64,000 nt of DNA, taken from positions 352,001-416,000 of the forward strand of contig OY760937.1 of assembly GCA_963664225.1 (NCBI GenBank), read 5' to 3'. Source of the DNA: Verrucomicrobiia bacterium (GTDB lineage Bacteria > Verrucomicrobiota > Verrucomicrobiia > Limisphaerales > UBA1319). Positions 28,875 to 39,078 of the stretch are shown piece by piece (within the stretch, counting starts at the first letter, position 1; every line of letters starts with the position of its first letter). A program made the position numbers and the translations under genes. The notes below the pieces were generated by a model, which had not been told where the DNA came from, did no database searches, and was given only the letters and a program-made list of their open reading frames with translations.

Positions 28875-31811
28875 ATGAATAAGCACGCAATTAGTGTCAT
28901 CGCCCTCCTCATCTCCGCATTGACTCTTCATGGCCAGACCGCCGTCGTAGTGGAGCGTGGCCCACATCACCGGGTGTGGGAATCAGTGATGTCTGAGTTG
29001 GGGCCGTCGGGAGAGGTATTGTGGAGCACGAACAGTTACGTTGAATTGCAAACCGGTGCGTGTTATCAGGAGAATGGTAAATGGGTGGATGCAAACGATG
29101 AGATTGAAATACACCCCGATGGCGCTATCGCTCAGCACACGCAGCACAAGGTGATATTTGCACCCAATCTCAAAACACTGGGCGCGATTGACCTTTTGGC
29201 TCCTGACGGTAAGCGAATGCGGAGCTCACCGGTGGGATTGGCATATTATGACGCGGCTAGTGGGCAGTCTGTGTGGATAGGGGGAGTGAAGGAGAGCCAG
29301 GGCGCGGTACTGGGAGCCAATCAGGTTATCTATACCAACGCCTTTTCAAACATTGTGGCAACAGTTCGATACACCTTGACGAAAGCCGGTTTTGAACAGG
29401 ATATCATCCTTCAGGAGCAACCACCGGCTCCTGAAGAGTTCGGATTGCCTTCAGATACAACCCGGTTGGAAGTGGTGACTGAATTTTACGAGAGCCCTGT
29501 TCCTGAAAAAACAGCGGTGGTTCTCAAACATTACACACAAAGATTAGGCCAGCGTGCATTGGTGAGTCCCGATTTTATGGATGAGGAGCTTGATTTTGGA
29601 GCGATGCGCACAGGACGAGGCCGGGCATTCAAACTGACGGACGAGGATGATCCCAATCAAGGGGTGGAGGTGGGCAAACATTTCGGAAACTCTAATGGCC
29701 GCACTTTCATGATTGAAGGAGTGGAGTATCAGTCAATTCGGCAGCAGTTTTCGCAATTGCCAGAAACAAAAAAAGCGATTCGCACGGCCATGAGTCCGTC
29801 GCCAACCCAATCCCGGACATATCCACCACTCAATCAGGCTGCAAAAACCAAATCACCCCTCTTGATGGCGCAATCAGGCCTTCGATTGGATGCAGGAGTG
29901 GTCATCGATTATATTCTATTGGGCAACACGAACAATTTCACATTCCGTGGGGACACAACCTACTTTGTAACGAACAATACAACGGTGACATTTAGTGGAA
30001 CATCGATCCTGGAAGGGGGGTGCGTCATTAAATACTCAAGTGGAAGTGGATTGAGTTTTACCGGTCCAGTCAAAACAGACACATCTGCTTACAGACCAAT
30101 AATATGCACGGCAAAGGATGATAACACAATTGGGGACACAATCTCTGGCTCAACAGGATCCCCGAGCGGTTATTATGGCAACGGAATGACCGTCAGCGCG
30201 GATGCGGATTTACAGTATCTGTATTTCAAACACCTCAGTACGGGGATTTCATATACCGCGAGTCACATCAACACGAACAGCCATTCAAAGTTCTATCGCA
30301 CGGGGACCGCCTTTACGTTCGCTGGTGGGACAAACTATTTGCGAAATGTATTGTTTGATAACGTGGGTTCCTGCTTGATATTTGCCAGTGGCGTAAATGT
30401 CTGTTCCGTTGAACATGCCACTGCAAATACCGTCTCCACCACATTTGCGGGCGGGCAGCCAGCCACTTTGAACGTCACCAACAGTCTGTTCGTCCAGTGC
30501 ACAACCAATGGGTTTGCATTCAATACCAATTATTGCGCGACCGCCAGCAGTACGAATGGAGTGTTTCAGGGAATCATGGATGGTGGAAGTTATCTGGCCG
30601 ACAACACATATCGCAATCTGGGCACCATGAACATCAATTCCAATTTGCTCAAAGATTTGCGGACGCGAACGACCTATGCCCCCGTCATGCTGACCAACAC
30701 AATTTCCACGGCCATATCCGTTGATACCGTGCTTAATCCCCAGGCCCAGCGTGACACGGACATCCCCGATTTGGGTTTTCATTTCGATCCGGTGGATTAC
30801 ATGGTGGGCAATTTGTATCTGACGAACGCCACGCTGACACTCACGAATGGTGTGGCGGTCGGTTATTTTGGCTCTTTGGGTTTCATTTTGCAGACTGGAT
30901 CGGTCCTCGTCAGTCAAGGAACCCCGGATCGCATGAACCGGCTGGTGCATTACCAATGGGCGCAGGATCGATCAGACCAGTTTGACCCAACCACTGGACA
31001 GAGGGCCGTGTGGATGCAGTCGGGCACGGGAGTGAACATGTTCCTCAGGTTTACAGCAATGAATGCCAAAAGCCGTGGTGCCAGTTGCTTCTTCGCACTT
31101 ACTTATCTGAATCGAATGGCTGTAACCGATTGTCAGCTCGTGCATGGAAGCTGGCTATTTAGCGCCACTTCGACAATGGGGGCCGTGTGTTGGACCAACA
31201 ACCTCTGCAAGCGTGTGACTCTCAGTGTCTCGGAGGGTTATATGGGAAGCCCCGCGCCTTTGAACTTTTATTGCTATAACAATAACTTTATCGAGTCTTC
31301 GATGACAGCAAACAACTCTGTCACCACGTATCCCTGGGCTATATACGATAACTTGTTCGACAATTGCACGTTGACATGTGTAAATACCTCAGGAGGTAGT
31401 GGTTACAACGGTTATCTCAATACGCCCACGACCTTGGGTGGCCTTCAGAACATTACATTGGCCTCCTTTAATTATGCGACGGGGACATTCGGAACCTATT
31501 ACCAAAGCTCAACCGACCTGATCAACAAGGGGAGCCGCAATGCTACCAACGCGACTCTATTCCATTACACGACCCAGACAAGCAACCTTAAAGAGACCAA
31601 TACCGTGGTCGATATCGGTTTTCACTATGTTGCCGCGGATTCCAACGGAAATCCATACGACCAGGATGGGGATGGAGTCCCGGATTATTTGGAGGACAGG
31701 AATGGAAACGGAAATGGGGGTGATGACGCAACCTCCTGGCAAACCTATAATTCGATGAATGGGTTAAATGGAAGTCAGGAAGTCCGCGTGTTTACGCCTT
31801 TGAAGCCATAA
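28875..31811 (+). CDS. Large secreted protein (beta-helix-like repeats, C-terminal DxDGDG Ca-binding motif)
   Basis: Signal peptide from MNKHAIS, internally repeated GFHF/GFHY motif, DQDGDGVPDYLED. Confidence 0.75.
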   Translation: MNKHAISVIALLISALTLHGQTAVVVERGPHHRVWESVMSELGPSGEVLWSTNSYVELQTGACYQENGKWVDANDEIEIHPDGAIAQHTQHKVIFAPNLKTLGAIDLLAPDGKRMRSSPVGLAYYDAASGQSVWIGGVKESQGAVLGANQVIYTNAFSNIVATVRYTLTKAGFEQDIILQEQPPAPEEFGLPSDTTRLEVVTEFYESPVPEKTAVVLKHYTQRLGQRALVSPDFMDEELDFGAMRTGRGRAFKLTDEDDPNQGVEVGKHFGNSNGRTFMIEGVEYQSIRQQFSQLPETKKAIRTAMSPSPTQSRTYPPLNQAAKTKSPLLMAQSGLRLDAGVVIDYILLGNTNNFTFRGDTTYFVTNNTTVTFSGTSILEGGCVIKYSSGSGLSFTGPVKTDTSAYRPIICTAKDDNTIGDTISGSTGSPSGYYGNGMTVSADADLQYLYFKHLSTGISYTASHINTNSHSKFYRTGTAFTFAGGTNYLRNVLFDNVGSCLIFASGVNVCSVEHATANTVSTTFAGGQPATLNVTNSLFVQCTTNGFAFNTNYCATASSTNGVFQGIMDGGSYLADNTYRNLGTMNINSNLLKDLRTRTTYAPVMLTNTISTAISVDTVLNPQAQRDTDIPDLGFHFDPVDYMVGNLYLTNATLTLTNGVAVGYFGSLGFILQTGSVLVSQGTPDRMNRLVHYQWAQDRSDQFDPTTGQRAVWMQSGTGVNMFLRFTAMNAKSRGASCFFALTYLNRMAVTDCQLVHGSWLFSATSTMGAVCWTNNLCKRVTLSVSEGYMGSPAPLNFYCYNNNFIESSMTANNSVTTYPWAIYDNLFDNCTLTCVNTSGGSGYNGYLNTPTTLGGLQNITLASFNYATGTFGTYYQSSTDLINKGSRNATNATLFHYTTQTSNLKETNTVVDIGFHYVAADSNGNPYDQDGDGVPDYLEDRNGNGNGGDDATSWQTYNSMNGLNGSQEVRVFTPLKP

Positions 31812-31845
31812 TATATTCAAGAATCAAACAAATAAGAGGAAGCCA

Positions 31846-34800
31846 ATGAATATGGATGCAATTGTATCGATGGCGGGATATCACCGTTCTACTTTTCTTA
31901 AAGCGACCCGGTTAATTGTTTTATTATGTGGTCTGGTCTTTGGAGCTAATCAAGTTCAAGCCTCCAAGCCGTGGGATTCATGGGCTGAGGATCCTTTGTT
32001 TGCGTTGATGAAGGTGCAATCACAGGTGATGGCGGAGAGCAATAGCAGTTATCAAGTCAGTTTCTCGCAAACAAATCTCATTGGATACGGTGGTGGGTGT
32101 GACAATACGGTGACCAATACCAATTCGGCTTCCGTTGAAATGCCCTTTTACAAACCATTCCAGCTTACGGTTCAGGGATCAAATCTGTATTATATTCAAT
32201 GTGATTTAACTGCGATGGCCGGAGTGAGTCTGATGGACGCTCGGAGAGTTCGCGATAATTTTCCCAACAACATCAAGTTTTTAATCAACGATGTGGAAGG
32301 AGGCATGTTATCAGATTTCAATTACACAAATTCATGTGGCTATTATAGCAATTCGTGGAAAGTAGAAATACGGTGGGATGCTCGTCCGCGCTGGCGACTT
32401 GATGATGACAGCAACGAACCGGATAGAGCGCCGGGTGATGGTTCCAGCCTGCAGCTTGGACCAGGAATGAGTCTTTCTACAAACCGTTCCCAGATTGAAT
32501 GGAATGTTAGCTTGGGGCATCTTTTGGACAACAATTCGGCTGGCAAGCTTCGGCTGCTTAACAATGGTTTGTTTGCCTCGGTTTACACCCCATCAAATTT
32601 GTTTTATACGTGCAAATCCACGAATATCCGCAGTCAATTGGAATTGGTGATTACAAATCAGATGTCTGGAGAACTGCGCCAGGTCAAAGCGCCACAGGCA
32701 TTTGTCGATATTGTACCGGGAACGAACCAATATTCGCTGAAGTTTTACCATCCTTCGCAGGTGGGCAGCCAGACAAACAGTCAGGGGATTTACACCAATA
32801 TCTCGGGAAACTATTTTGTAAGCTGGCAGGTGGTGAATCCGGACAATAATCCGGCAATTAGCAACCGATTGCATATCATTGAAAATCGCAACGGTTGGTC
32901 TCGCACCAACATTCTTGAATTCAATTCAGCCTCAAGTCTTTGGACTTTGAAGGAAGGAGAAGGCAGTGAACAAAAAATTGAAACACGGTTGGTTTCATTC
33001 GCTTCGAACACGAGCGTTTCACCTGCACGCAGCAATCGACTTGAGACAGTTGAAATCAAATATTACGGAGGCCAGATTTCATCCCAAAGCATTGAAAAAT
33101 ATGAGTTGTTTCCTTGGGGCTGGAATCTTGTGGAAACCCGCCTTGATCCAAACGGGGCAAATCTTTCTACGCGAATGGAATATTACACGGAAGGAGAGCT
33201 GTACGAAATAGGTCGCGTAAAATATGTTTTCAATCCAAATGGAACCTGGGAAAAGCGCATATACAACGGTTGGGATTCAGGCGAGCCAGGAACCTTGGGT
33301 AAAGTCCTTAGGCCATGGAAAGACAGCCCTTTGACGCCTCAAGAGGCCGATGAATCGAATTCCCATAGAACAGAATACGCAGCTTATTCAGAAGAGGGTG
33401 TGCCAATGTACAACCGCCAGTATCTCTATAATAACGATACAGGTTATGATTTCTGGATTCGTGAGGAAACGTATAGTGAAAATCCGGATTATGGGGATAC
33501 TCTGGAGAGATTTGAAGGCAAACAAATCTGCGAGGATATGACTTTGAGTGTAGGTGCCTACCGAAGATTCTTTGCCCCAACCGCACCTTGGGGACTTGCT
33601 GATCATCCTTTGGAATGTTCGAAAAGCGGTGAACCGGTCCAATATTATTACTACGATCATGGTTCTTATAATCCCTCGACGCGGGTTTTTTCCTATGATC
33701 CCAACAATCATCTCTACACGAGCGACGCCTCTTTGGTCATCAATCCAGATCGACGTCAAACCATCATTTACTGCGGTTTGGAGTCGATGGATATTTACGG
33801 CCTAGAAAATGATACTTACCGCAACATTGGCGTACAGCTTTATACGATGGAAGACCATGTATGCGATCGTTTATTGTATTATTATGTAGGTCAAAGTTGG
33901 AAAGAAACCACTGTTTATTCGCAAGGACTTCCCGTTTTAAGGGAAAAATATGCTTGCTCTGGCACCAATGCATGGGGCGAACCAGTGTTTGAGTTGCTTT
34001 ACCAGGAGGTTCTCGCAAACGACACGTTAGGACATACCACGAATATCACACGCATGGACCCTGTCTCAGGTTTGCCACGCACCACCTATTCTGCGGATTA
34101 CCGTGGGAACAATGTGATGGATGGCAGTCTTCTGCTTTCCGAAATGGATGAGACTGGCAAAGAAACAGTTTACACTTATGATACGCTTAAACGCATAAAA
34201 ACCCGCACGATCAAGGGCATCTCAGCAATGGATGGTTATCCTTCACAATCGGACCAGATTACCACCTATGTATATGACGCCTCCGGTCGCACGCTTAGCG
34301 AAACCCAATCGGCAGGTTCGTTATCCATGGTGAATGCCTCGGCTTTTGACAAAACGGGAAGACTTACGTCTCAGACCAATTCGGACGGTCTCGTGACCAC
34401 GTTTGCCTATCCGGGCAACACTTCGGGAACAAATATCACCCTGCCTGGAGGAGCCACGTTGCTTCTCACCAATTATCTGGATGGACGGCTAAAATCGAAA
34501 ACTGGCACATCCACCATTGCCGAGTATTACGACTATGATCTGGACTGGCAATATTCTATGGGTCGTGTTCAAGATTATACAGTCAAGAGAATCGGAGCGT
34601 TGAATTCTGGTCGATATGTTAAAACCGGAATCGACTGGGTCGATAACCAGATATATGAGGAACGTCCGAGCTTTTCCTTGGAAGGAAATTACACAGTTTA
34701 TAAAGCAATGCCGGAAGGTTACCGCGTAACCAAAATGACCACAAATGATTTGGGTCGCGCCGTAACCGAATATGATGGTCTGGAGCGGACATGGCGCCAA

Positions 34801-37800
34801 ACGCTCCGTAAGTATAACGGTTTGGAGCCAAATTACTCGTTTGTCTATACAGACCCAGTTTCAGATGATCGAATAAGTCAGACTGATACTTACTTCAAGA
34901 AAATCGCCAATGTCTGGTATGAAGTGACGACAAATCTCACGTTTTTGACCTATAACGACTCAACTCCTTCCGTGACGAGTGTTGTCGAGAACCAAGTCAA
35001 TAACCTGAGCTCGACCGAAATTTCGAAAACCAGCCAATGGGATGCTTTTAATAACCTGACTATTAGCACTGTTACGGTTGATCGCACCAAAAAACGCACC
35101 ACCGAGACTCTTAACACGGCCCAGTCGGTCCAAGACGCCACCACAGTAAAGGTTAATGACCTTTTGCAAAAGGAAAACACCCCAACCGTTGCTGGTTATA
35201 TATGGCATTATTACGATGAGTTGGGGCGCGAGGTTCAAACGATCAATCCACAGGGGGCTTCGAGCCGCACTTTCTATGATGCGGTTACCGGTCAAATCAC
35301 CAATACCGTGGATTACACGGGGATGAGCACGGCCTCCGAATATTATCCGGCTACGCATCTCAATGCAGGACAGCTGAAATGCACCACGGCGGCGAACGGC
35401 AAAAAAACCTTTTATGAATATACCGCCCGGGGTGAATTGTCACGGACCTGGGGTGATGTGCCATATCCCGAGGAGCGAATCTATGATTCATATGGTGATA
35501 TGATTGAGTTGCACACTTACCGTGGCGGGTCTCAATGGGCTAACTCGACCTGGCCTGGAACAGGTGTTGCGTGCGATACAAACAAGTGGCTGTATCAGGC
35601 TGAAACCGGTTACCTTACCAACAAAGTGGACCAAACTGGTCACGCTGTAAAATATGCCTATCAAAATAATGGTTTGTTGAGCACGCGCCAATGGTCTCGC
35701 GGTGTGACAACGACGTATCTATACAACGAGTACGGCGATCTGACAGCGGTCAATTATTCGGATGGAACAACGCCCGTCGTGTATGTCAATGAGGCATATA
35801 CAAGTTATAATCGCGCTGGCCTCCCAGCTTTTGTAAGTGATTCTACAGGGGAGCATTTGCTATTTTACGATATTCTGGGCCGTCCGACAGGAGACGGGTG
35901 CACAGCGGGAACATTCGTAAATCTCTCCATAACAAACCATTATGACGCATTGTATGGGCGCGACTGGATAAAACTCCGGGTTAATAGCACAGATTTACTG
36001 ACCTCGACTTATGGATATGACGCTTATGGGCGGTTGAGTAGCGCTTCGTCAGGGGTGGATTCCGCTGCATATGCATATCAGAACAATGCAGATTTGCTGG
36101 CAACCACCTCGTTCAAACACAGTGGATCGTCAAAACTCACAACGAGTCGGACGTGGGATTATGGAGTTCGCCTACATTCCATTGCCAATAACTCCACGGG
36201 GTCTGTAAGCAGTCACGTCTATACCTATGATTCCGTGAATCGCCGAACGCGGGCCACCCAGACCGACGGGTCGGCGTGGGCGTATGATTATAATGACCGC
36301 AACGAGGTCGTTTCAGGCAAACGCTATTGGTCGGATTTCAAACCGGTGACAGGACAGCAATATGAGTATTGTTACGATAATATAGGCAATCTGAAAACCA
36401 ATTGGAGTGGCGGTGACGCCTCTGGTCAAAACCTCAGACCAACGGCCTTCACGGTCAATGGGCTTAACGAATATACCGGTATCACGATACCCAGTTATAA
36501 AGATGTGTGTGGCGTGGCCTACGCGAATGTCACGATCACAGTGAATGGGCAGTCCACAGATCGGAAGGGGGAATACTACCATTCCGAGTTGAGCGTCACC
36601 AATGTCGGTGGAGCCTTGTGGCAGACCGTGACGGTCGCTGGTGCAACGAATACAACAGGTAATCTTCTGATTGCTCCGTCATCCGCCACATTGGTGTATG
36701 ATAATGATGGCAATCTTCAACAGGACGGGCTGTGGGGATACACTTGGGATGCGGAGAATCGGTTGTCAAAAGTTGAAAGCATCAGCTCGTTGCCCAACTT
36801 TGCCAAGCGGAAGCTGGAGTTTGGCTACGATTACAAAGGACGTCGAATCTGGAGCAAGATATCCACCAATAACGGCAGTTATGTTTTGAGCCGGAATACC
36901 CGGTTCCTTTATGATGGCTGGAATGTGATCGGCGAATTGAATGCAACCAACAACGCCTTGGTGCGCTCCTATACATGGGGCCTGGACATGAGCCATACGA
37001 TGGACGGGGTCGGTGGCATTGGAGGACTGGTTCTGGTCGCCGATAACTCGAGCGGATCAACCTATTATCCCGCCTATGACGGTAATGGAAACGTCATGGC
37101 GTTAGTTAATGCATCTGATGCTTCCACGGCGGCCCAATACGAGTATTCGCCATTCGGCGAACTTATCCGTGCCACAGGGCCAATGGCCAGAACTAATCCA
37201 ATCCGTTGGTCCACCAAATACTGGGATGAAGAAAGTAGTTTGGTTTATTACGGATACAGATATTATAGCCCGAGTATGGAAAGGTGGATCAGTCGAGATC
37301 CTAGTGAGGAACAGGGAGGAAATAATCTATATGCGTTCTGCAAGAATAATAGTCTTAACGCAATTGATCCACATGGGGATATGCTTGAGGGACTGCTATT
37401 AGCGGAAGGGGATGATTTGGGTGGTGCGGTGGCGTTCGCTGCACGTGGGTATTCATTGTTGTCAAGGATTAGGAATGCGGTTGAGACTTATGGGCAAATT
37501 CAAAACATGACGGTGCAAGCTCTTGATGCCGTGCAAAACGGTGATGGTGACCGTCTCGAAGAAATGCTATCAGCAGGTGGAACGGCTCTCGGTAGTATGC
37601 TTTTGGGTAAAACAGTTGGAGTGGCGGTTGGAGCCGCTACTAGTAGAGCACTTGGTGACATTCTGAGTGACACAACGATATTTAAACGATGGATAAAATG
37701 TAGTCATGATCCGAATCTACCATTAAGTGCGTCAGATGCAAAAAAAGTATGGGCAAAACTGAAACAAATGGGTAAAACGCCAAAGTATCACGATAAAGGC

Positions 37801-37881
37801 CATTCCGATACCAAGTGGCAAGGAGCGCATATAAACGTTGATGGCGCCCACATTCCTGTAGATCCATCTTTTAAGCCATGA
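31846..37881 (+). CDS. RHS/YD-repeat polymorphic toxin with N-terminal signal peptide
   Basis: YD repeats, YEYSPFGE, YYGYRYY, RWISRDP, NAIDPHG cleavage motif, His-rich C-terminal tip. Confidence 0.93.
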   Translation: MNMDAIVSMAGYHRSTFLKATRLIVLLCGLVFGANQVQASKPWDSWAEDPLFALMKVQSQVMAESNSSYQVSFSQTNLIGYGGGCDNTVTNTNSASVEMPFYKPFQLTVQGSNLYYIQCDLTAMAGVSLMDARRVRDNFPNNIKFLINDVEGGMLSDFNYTNSCGYYSNSWKVEIRWDARPRWRLDDDSNEPDRAPGDGSSLQLGPGMSLSTNRSQIEWNVSLGHLLDNNSAGKLRLLNNGLFASVYTPSNLFYTCKSTNIRSQLELVITNQMSGELRQVKAPQAFVDIVPGTNQYSLKFYHPSQVGSQTNSQGIYTNISGNYFVSWQVVNPDNNPAISNRLHIIENRNGWSRTNILEFNSASSLWTLKEGEGSEQKIETRLVSFASNTSVSPARSNRLETVEIKYYGGQISSQSIEKYELFPWGWNLVETRLDPNGANLSTRMEYYTEGELYEIGRVKYVFNPNGTWEKRIYNGWDSGEPGTLGKVLRPWKDSPLTPQEADESNSHRTEYAAYSEEGVPMYNRQYLYNNDTGYDFWIREETYSENPDYGDTLERFEGKQICEDMTLSVGAYRRFFAPTAPWGLADHPLECSKSGEPVQYYYYDHGSYNPSTRVFSYDPNNHLYTSDASLVINPDRRQTIIYCGLESMDIYGLENDTYRNIGVQLYTMEDHVCDRLLYYYVGQSWKETTVYSQGLPVLREKYACSGTNAWGEPVFELLYQEVLANDTLGHTTNITRMDPVSGLPRTTYSADYRGNNVMDGSLLLSEMDETGKETVYTYDTLKRIKTRTIKGISAMDGYPSQSDQITTYVYDASGRTLSETQSAGSLSMVNASAFDKTGRLTSQTNSDGLVTTFAYPGNTSGTNITLPGGATLLLTNYLDGRLKSKTGTSTIAEYYDYDLDWQYSMGRVQDYTVKRIGALNSGRYVKTGIDWVDNQIYEERPSFSLEGNYTVYKAMPEGYRVTKMTTNDLGRAVTEYDGLERTWRQTLRKYNGLEPNYSFVYTDPVSDDRISQTDTYFKKIANVWYEVTTNLTFLTYNDSTPSVTSVVENQVNNLSSTEISKTSQWDAFNNLTISTVTVDRTKKRTTETLNTAQSVQDATTVKVNDLLQKENTPTVAGYIWHYYDELGREVQTINPQGASSRTFYDAVTGQITNTVDYTGMSTASEYYPATHLNAGQLKCTTAANGKKTFYEYTARGELSRTWGDVPYPEERIYDSYGDMIELHTYRGGSQWANSTWPGTGVACDTNKWLYQAETGYLTNKVDQTGHAVKYAYQNNGLLSTRQWSRGVTTTYLYNEYGDLTAVNYSDGTTPVVYVNEAYTSYNRAGLPAFVSDSTGEHLLFYDILGRPTGDGCTAGTFVNLSITNHYDALYGRDWIKLRVNSTDLLTSTYGYDAYGRLSSASSGVDSAAYAYQNNADLLATTSFKHSGSSKLTTSRTWDYGVRLHSIANNSTGSVSSHVYTYDSVNRRTRATQTDGSAWAYDYNDRNEVVSGKRYWSDFKPVTGQQYEYCYDNIGNLKTNWSGGDASGQNLRPTAFTVNGLNEYTGITIPSYKDVCGVAYANVTITVNGQSTDRKGEYYHSELSVTNVGGALWQTVTVAGATNTTGNLLIAPSSATLVYDNDGNLQQDGLWGYTWDAENRLSKVESISSLPNFAKRKLEFGYDYKGRRIWSKISTNNGSYVLSRNTRFLYDGWNVIGELNATNNALVRSYTWGLDMSHTMDGVGGIGGLVLVADNSSGSTYYPAYDGNGNVMALVNASDASTAAQYEYSPFGELIRATGPMARTNPIRWSTKYWDEESSLVYYGYRYYSPSMERWISRDPSEEQGGNNLYAFCKNNSLNAIDPHGDMLEGLLLAEGDDLGGAVAFAARGYSLLSRIRNAVETYGQIQNMTVQALDAVQNGDGDRLEEMLSAGGTALGSMLLGKTVGVAVGAATSRALGDILSDTTIFKRWIKCSHDPNLPLSASDAKKVWAKLKQMGKTPKYHDKGHSDTKWQGAHINVDGAHIPVDPSFKP

Positions 37882-38405
37882 AGACAAACGGTTATCTTAT
37901 TGTATTAGATACGGTCACATATAACAAAGGAACACTAAATATATTGTATCGAGGGGTAGATCGTTTGCCACAATATCCTAGCAATATACTTAGTGAACGT
38001 GAGGCGAATGAATTTTATGTATTTTCCGGTGTGCGTCTCGATTCTGGACTTATAGAAACATTGAATCAAGCCACCGATCTCTTAAAAATGTTTGAGAAAT
38101 CGCCACGTAAGTATGAAATACTCTTTTGCTCTTTTGACGATGATCAAAAACAATATGAACAAGAAGGACATTTGTTGTTTCTTGGGGTAGATGTAGCATC
38201 AATATCAGGAGACTGCTGGTCGATAGTGAAAGATTACCCTTGTCATCAAGAAATGAAAAAATATTTACCACTATTAAATGAAAATGGTTTATTTTCTAAT
38301 TGCATAGTAGCACGGAAATATTTGATGGATTACCGATCCCAAAAACTTAATGATTATGATTTTCCATTCGAGGTAATCGCTGTCTATCGATTCAATGTAA
38401 AATAA
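37878..38405 (+). CDS. Putative immunity protein
   Basis: ATGA overlap with the RHS stop, AT-rich like the toxin tip. Confidence 0.7.
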   Translation: MKTNGYLIVLDTVTYNKGTLNILYRGVDRLPQYPSNILSEREANEFYVFSGVRLDSGLIETLNQATDLLKMFEKSPRKYEILFCSFDDDQKQYEQEGHLLFLGVDVASISGDCWSIVKDYPCHQEMKKYLPLLNENGLFSNCIVARKYLMDYRSQKLNDYDFPFEVIAVYRFNVK

Positions 38406-38459
38406 GCGATAAAACCCTAAACAAATATGTAAATAATAAGATAATCGACTATTATATAT

Positions 38460-38888
38460 ATGAATGTTAAATACTGGATTCAAGTTGGAATGTCATTGAT
38501 GTGTATGTCATTGTGTCTGCGAGCACAAAGCGTAACGAACAATAATGCGTTTACTGGTTATAAGCCCAATATCGAAGGAAAGATGAGTGATCCTGAACGA
38601 AAGGCGCTTTTAGAAAGCCGAAAACAAGAGTTGCTTAAATGGGATAAGAACGGTGATGGCAAAATTGATGCGGGCGAACGTGAAGCATGGAAACGTGCCC
38701 GCCAGGAATATTACCTGAAGATCAAGAAACAAAAGCAAATCGAAAATCCTAACAACGAGGCTGCGCGTTTGCTTAAAAAGCATGATGTGAATCATGACGG
38801 ACATCTCGACCAAACAGAGAAATTAGCATTGGAAGCTGATTTGGCTGAAGTACAAGCTCGTAAACAGTCAAAAAATGCTGGAAAATAG
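38460..38888 (+). CDS. Secreted EF-hand protein
   Basis: Signal peptide; DKNGDGKIDAGE and DVNHDGHLDQTE. Confidence 0.8.
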   Translation: MNVKYWIQVGMSLMCMSLCLRAQSVTNNNAFTGYKPNIEGKMSDPERKALLESRKQELLKWDKNGDGKIDAGEREAWKRARQEYYLKIKKQKQIENPNNEAARLLKKHDVNHDGHLDQTEKLALEADLAEVQARKQSKNAGK

Positions 38889-39078
38889 AGAGTCTCGGTC
38901 TGGATTCATGCAGGCATTCTTCAGGACAAGTGGCTATTGTAGTCGATCGAGTTGACATCTAACAGCCTTTACATTGCTCGGTTTCGACATTGATAATGGG
39001 GGAGTTCATAAATTATCATGTCAAGTGCTGGATGGCTTCAAAAGACTCATGACGCGCAGCGGAGTATATCATTTGCAA

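Noticed and set aside
28875..38888. Type VI secretion locus
   Set aside because: No VgrG, PAAR, Hcp or Tss genes; the RHS has a signal-peptide-like N-terminus
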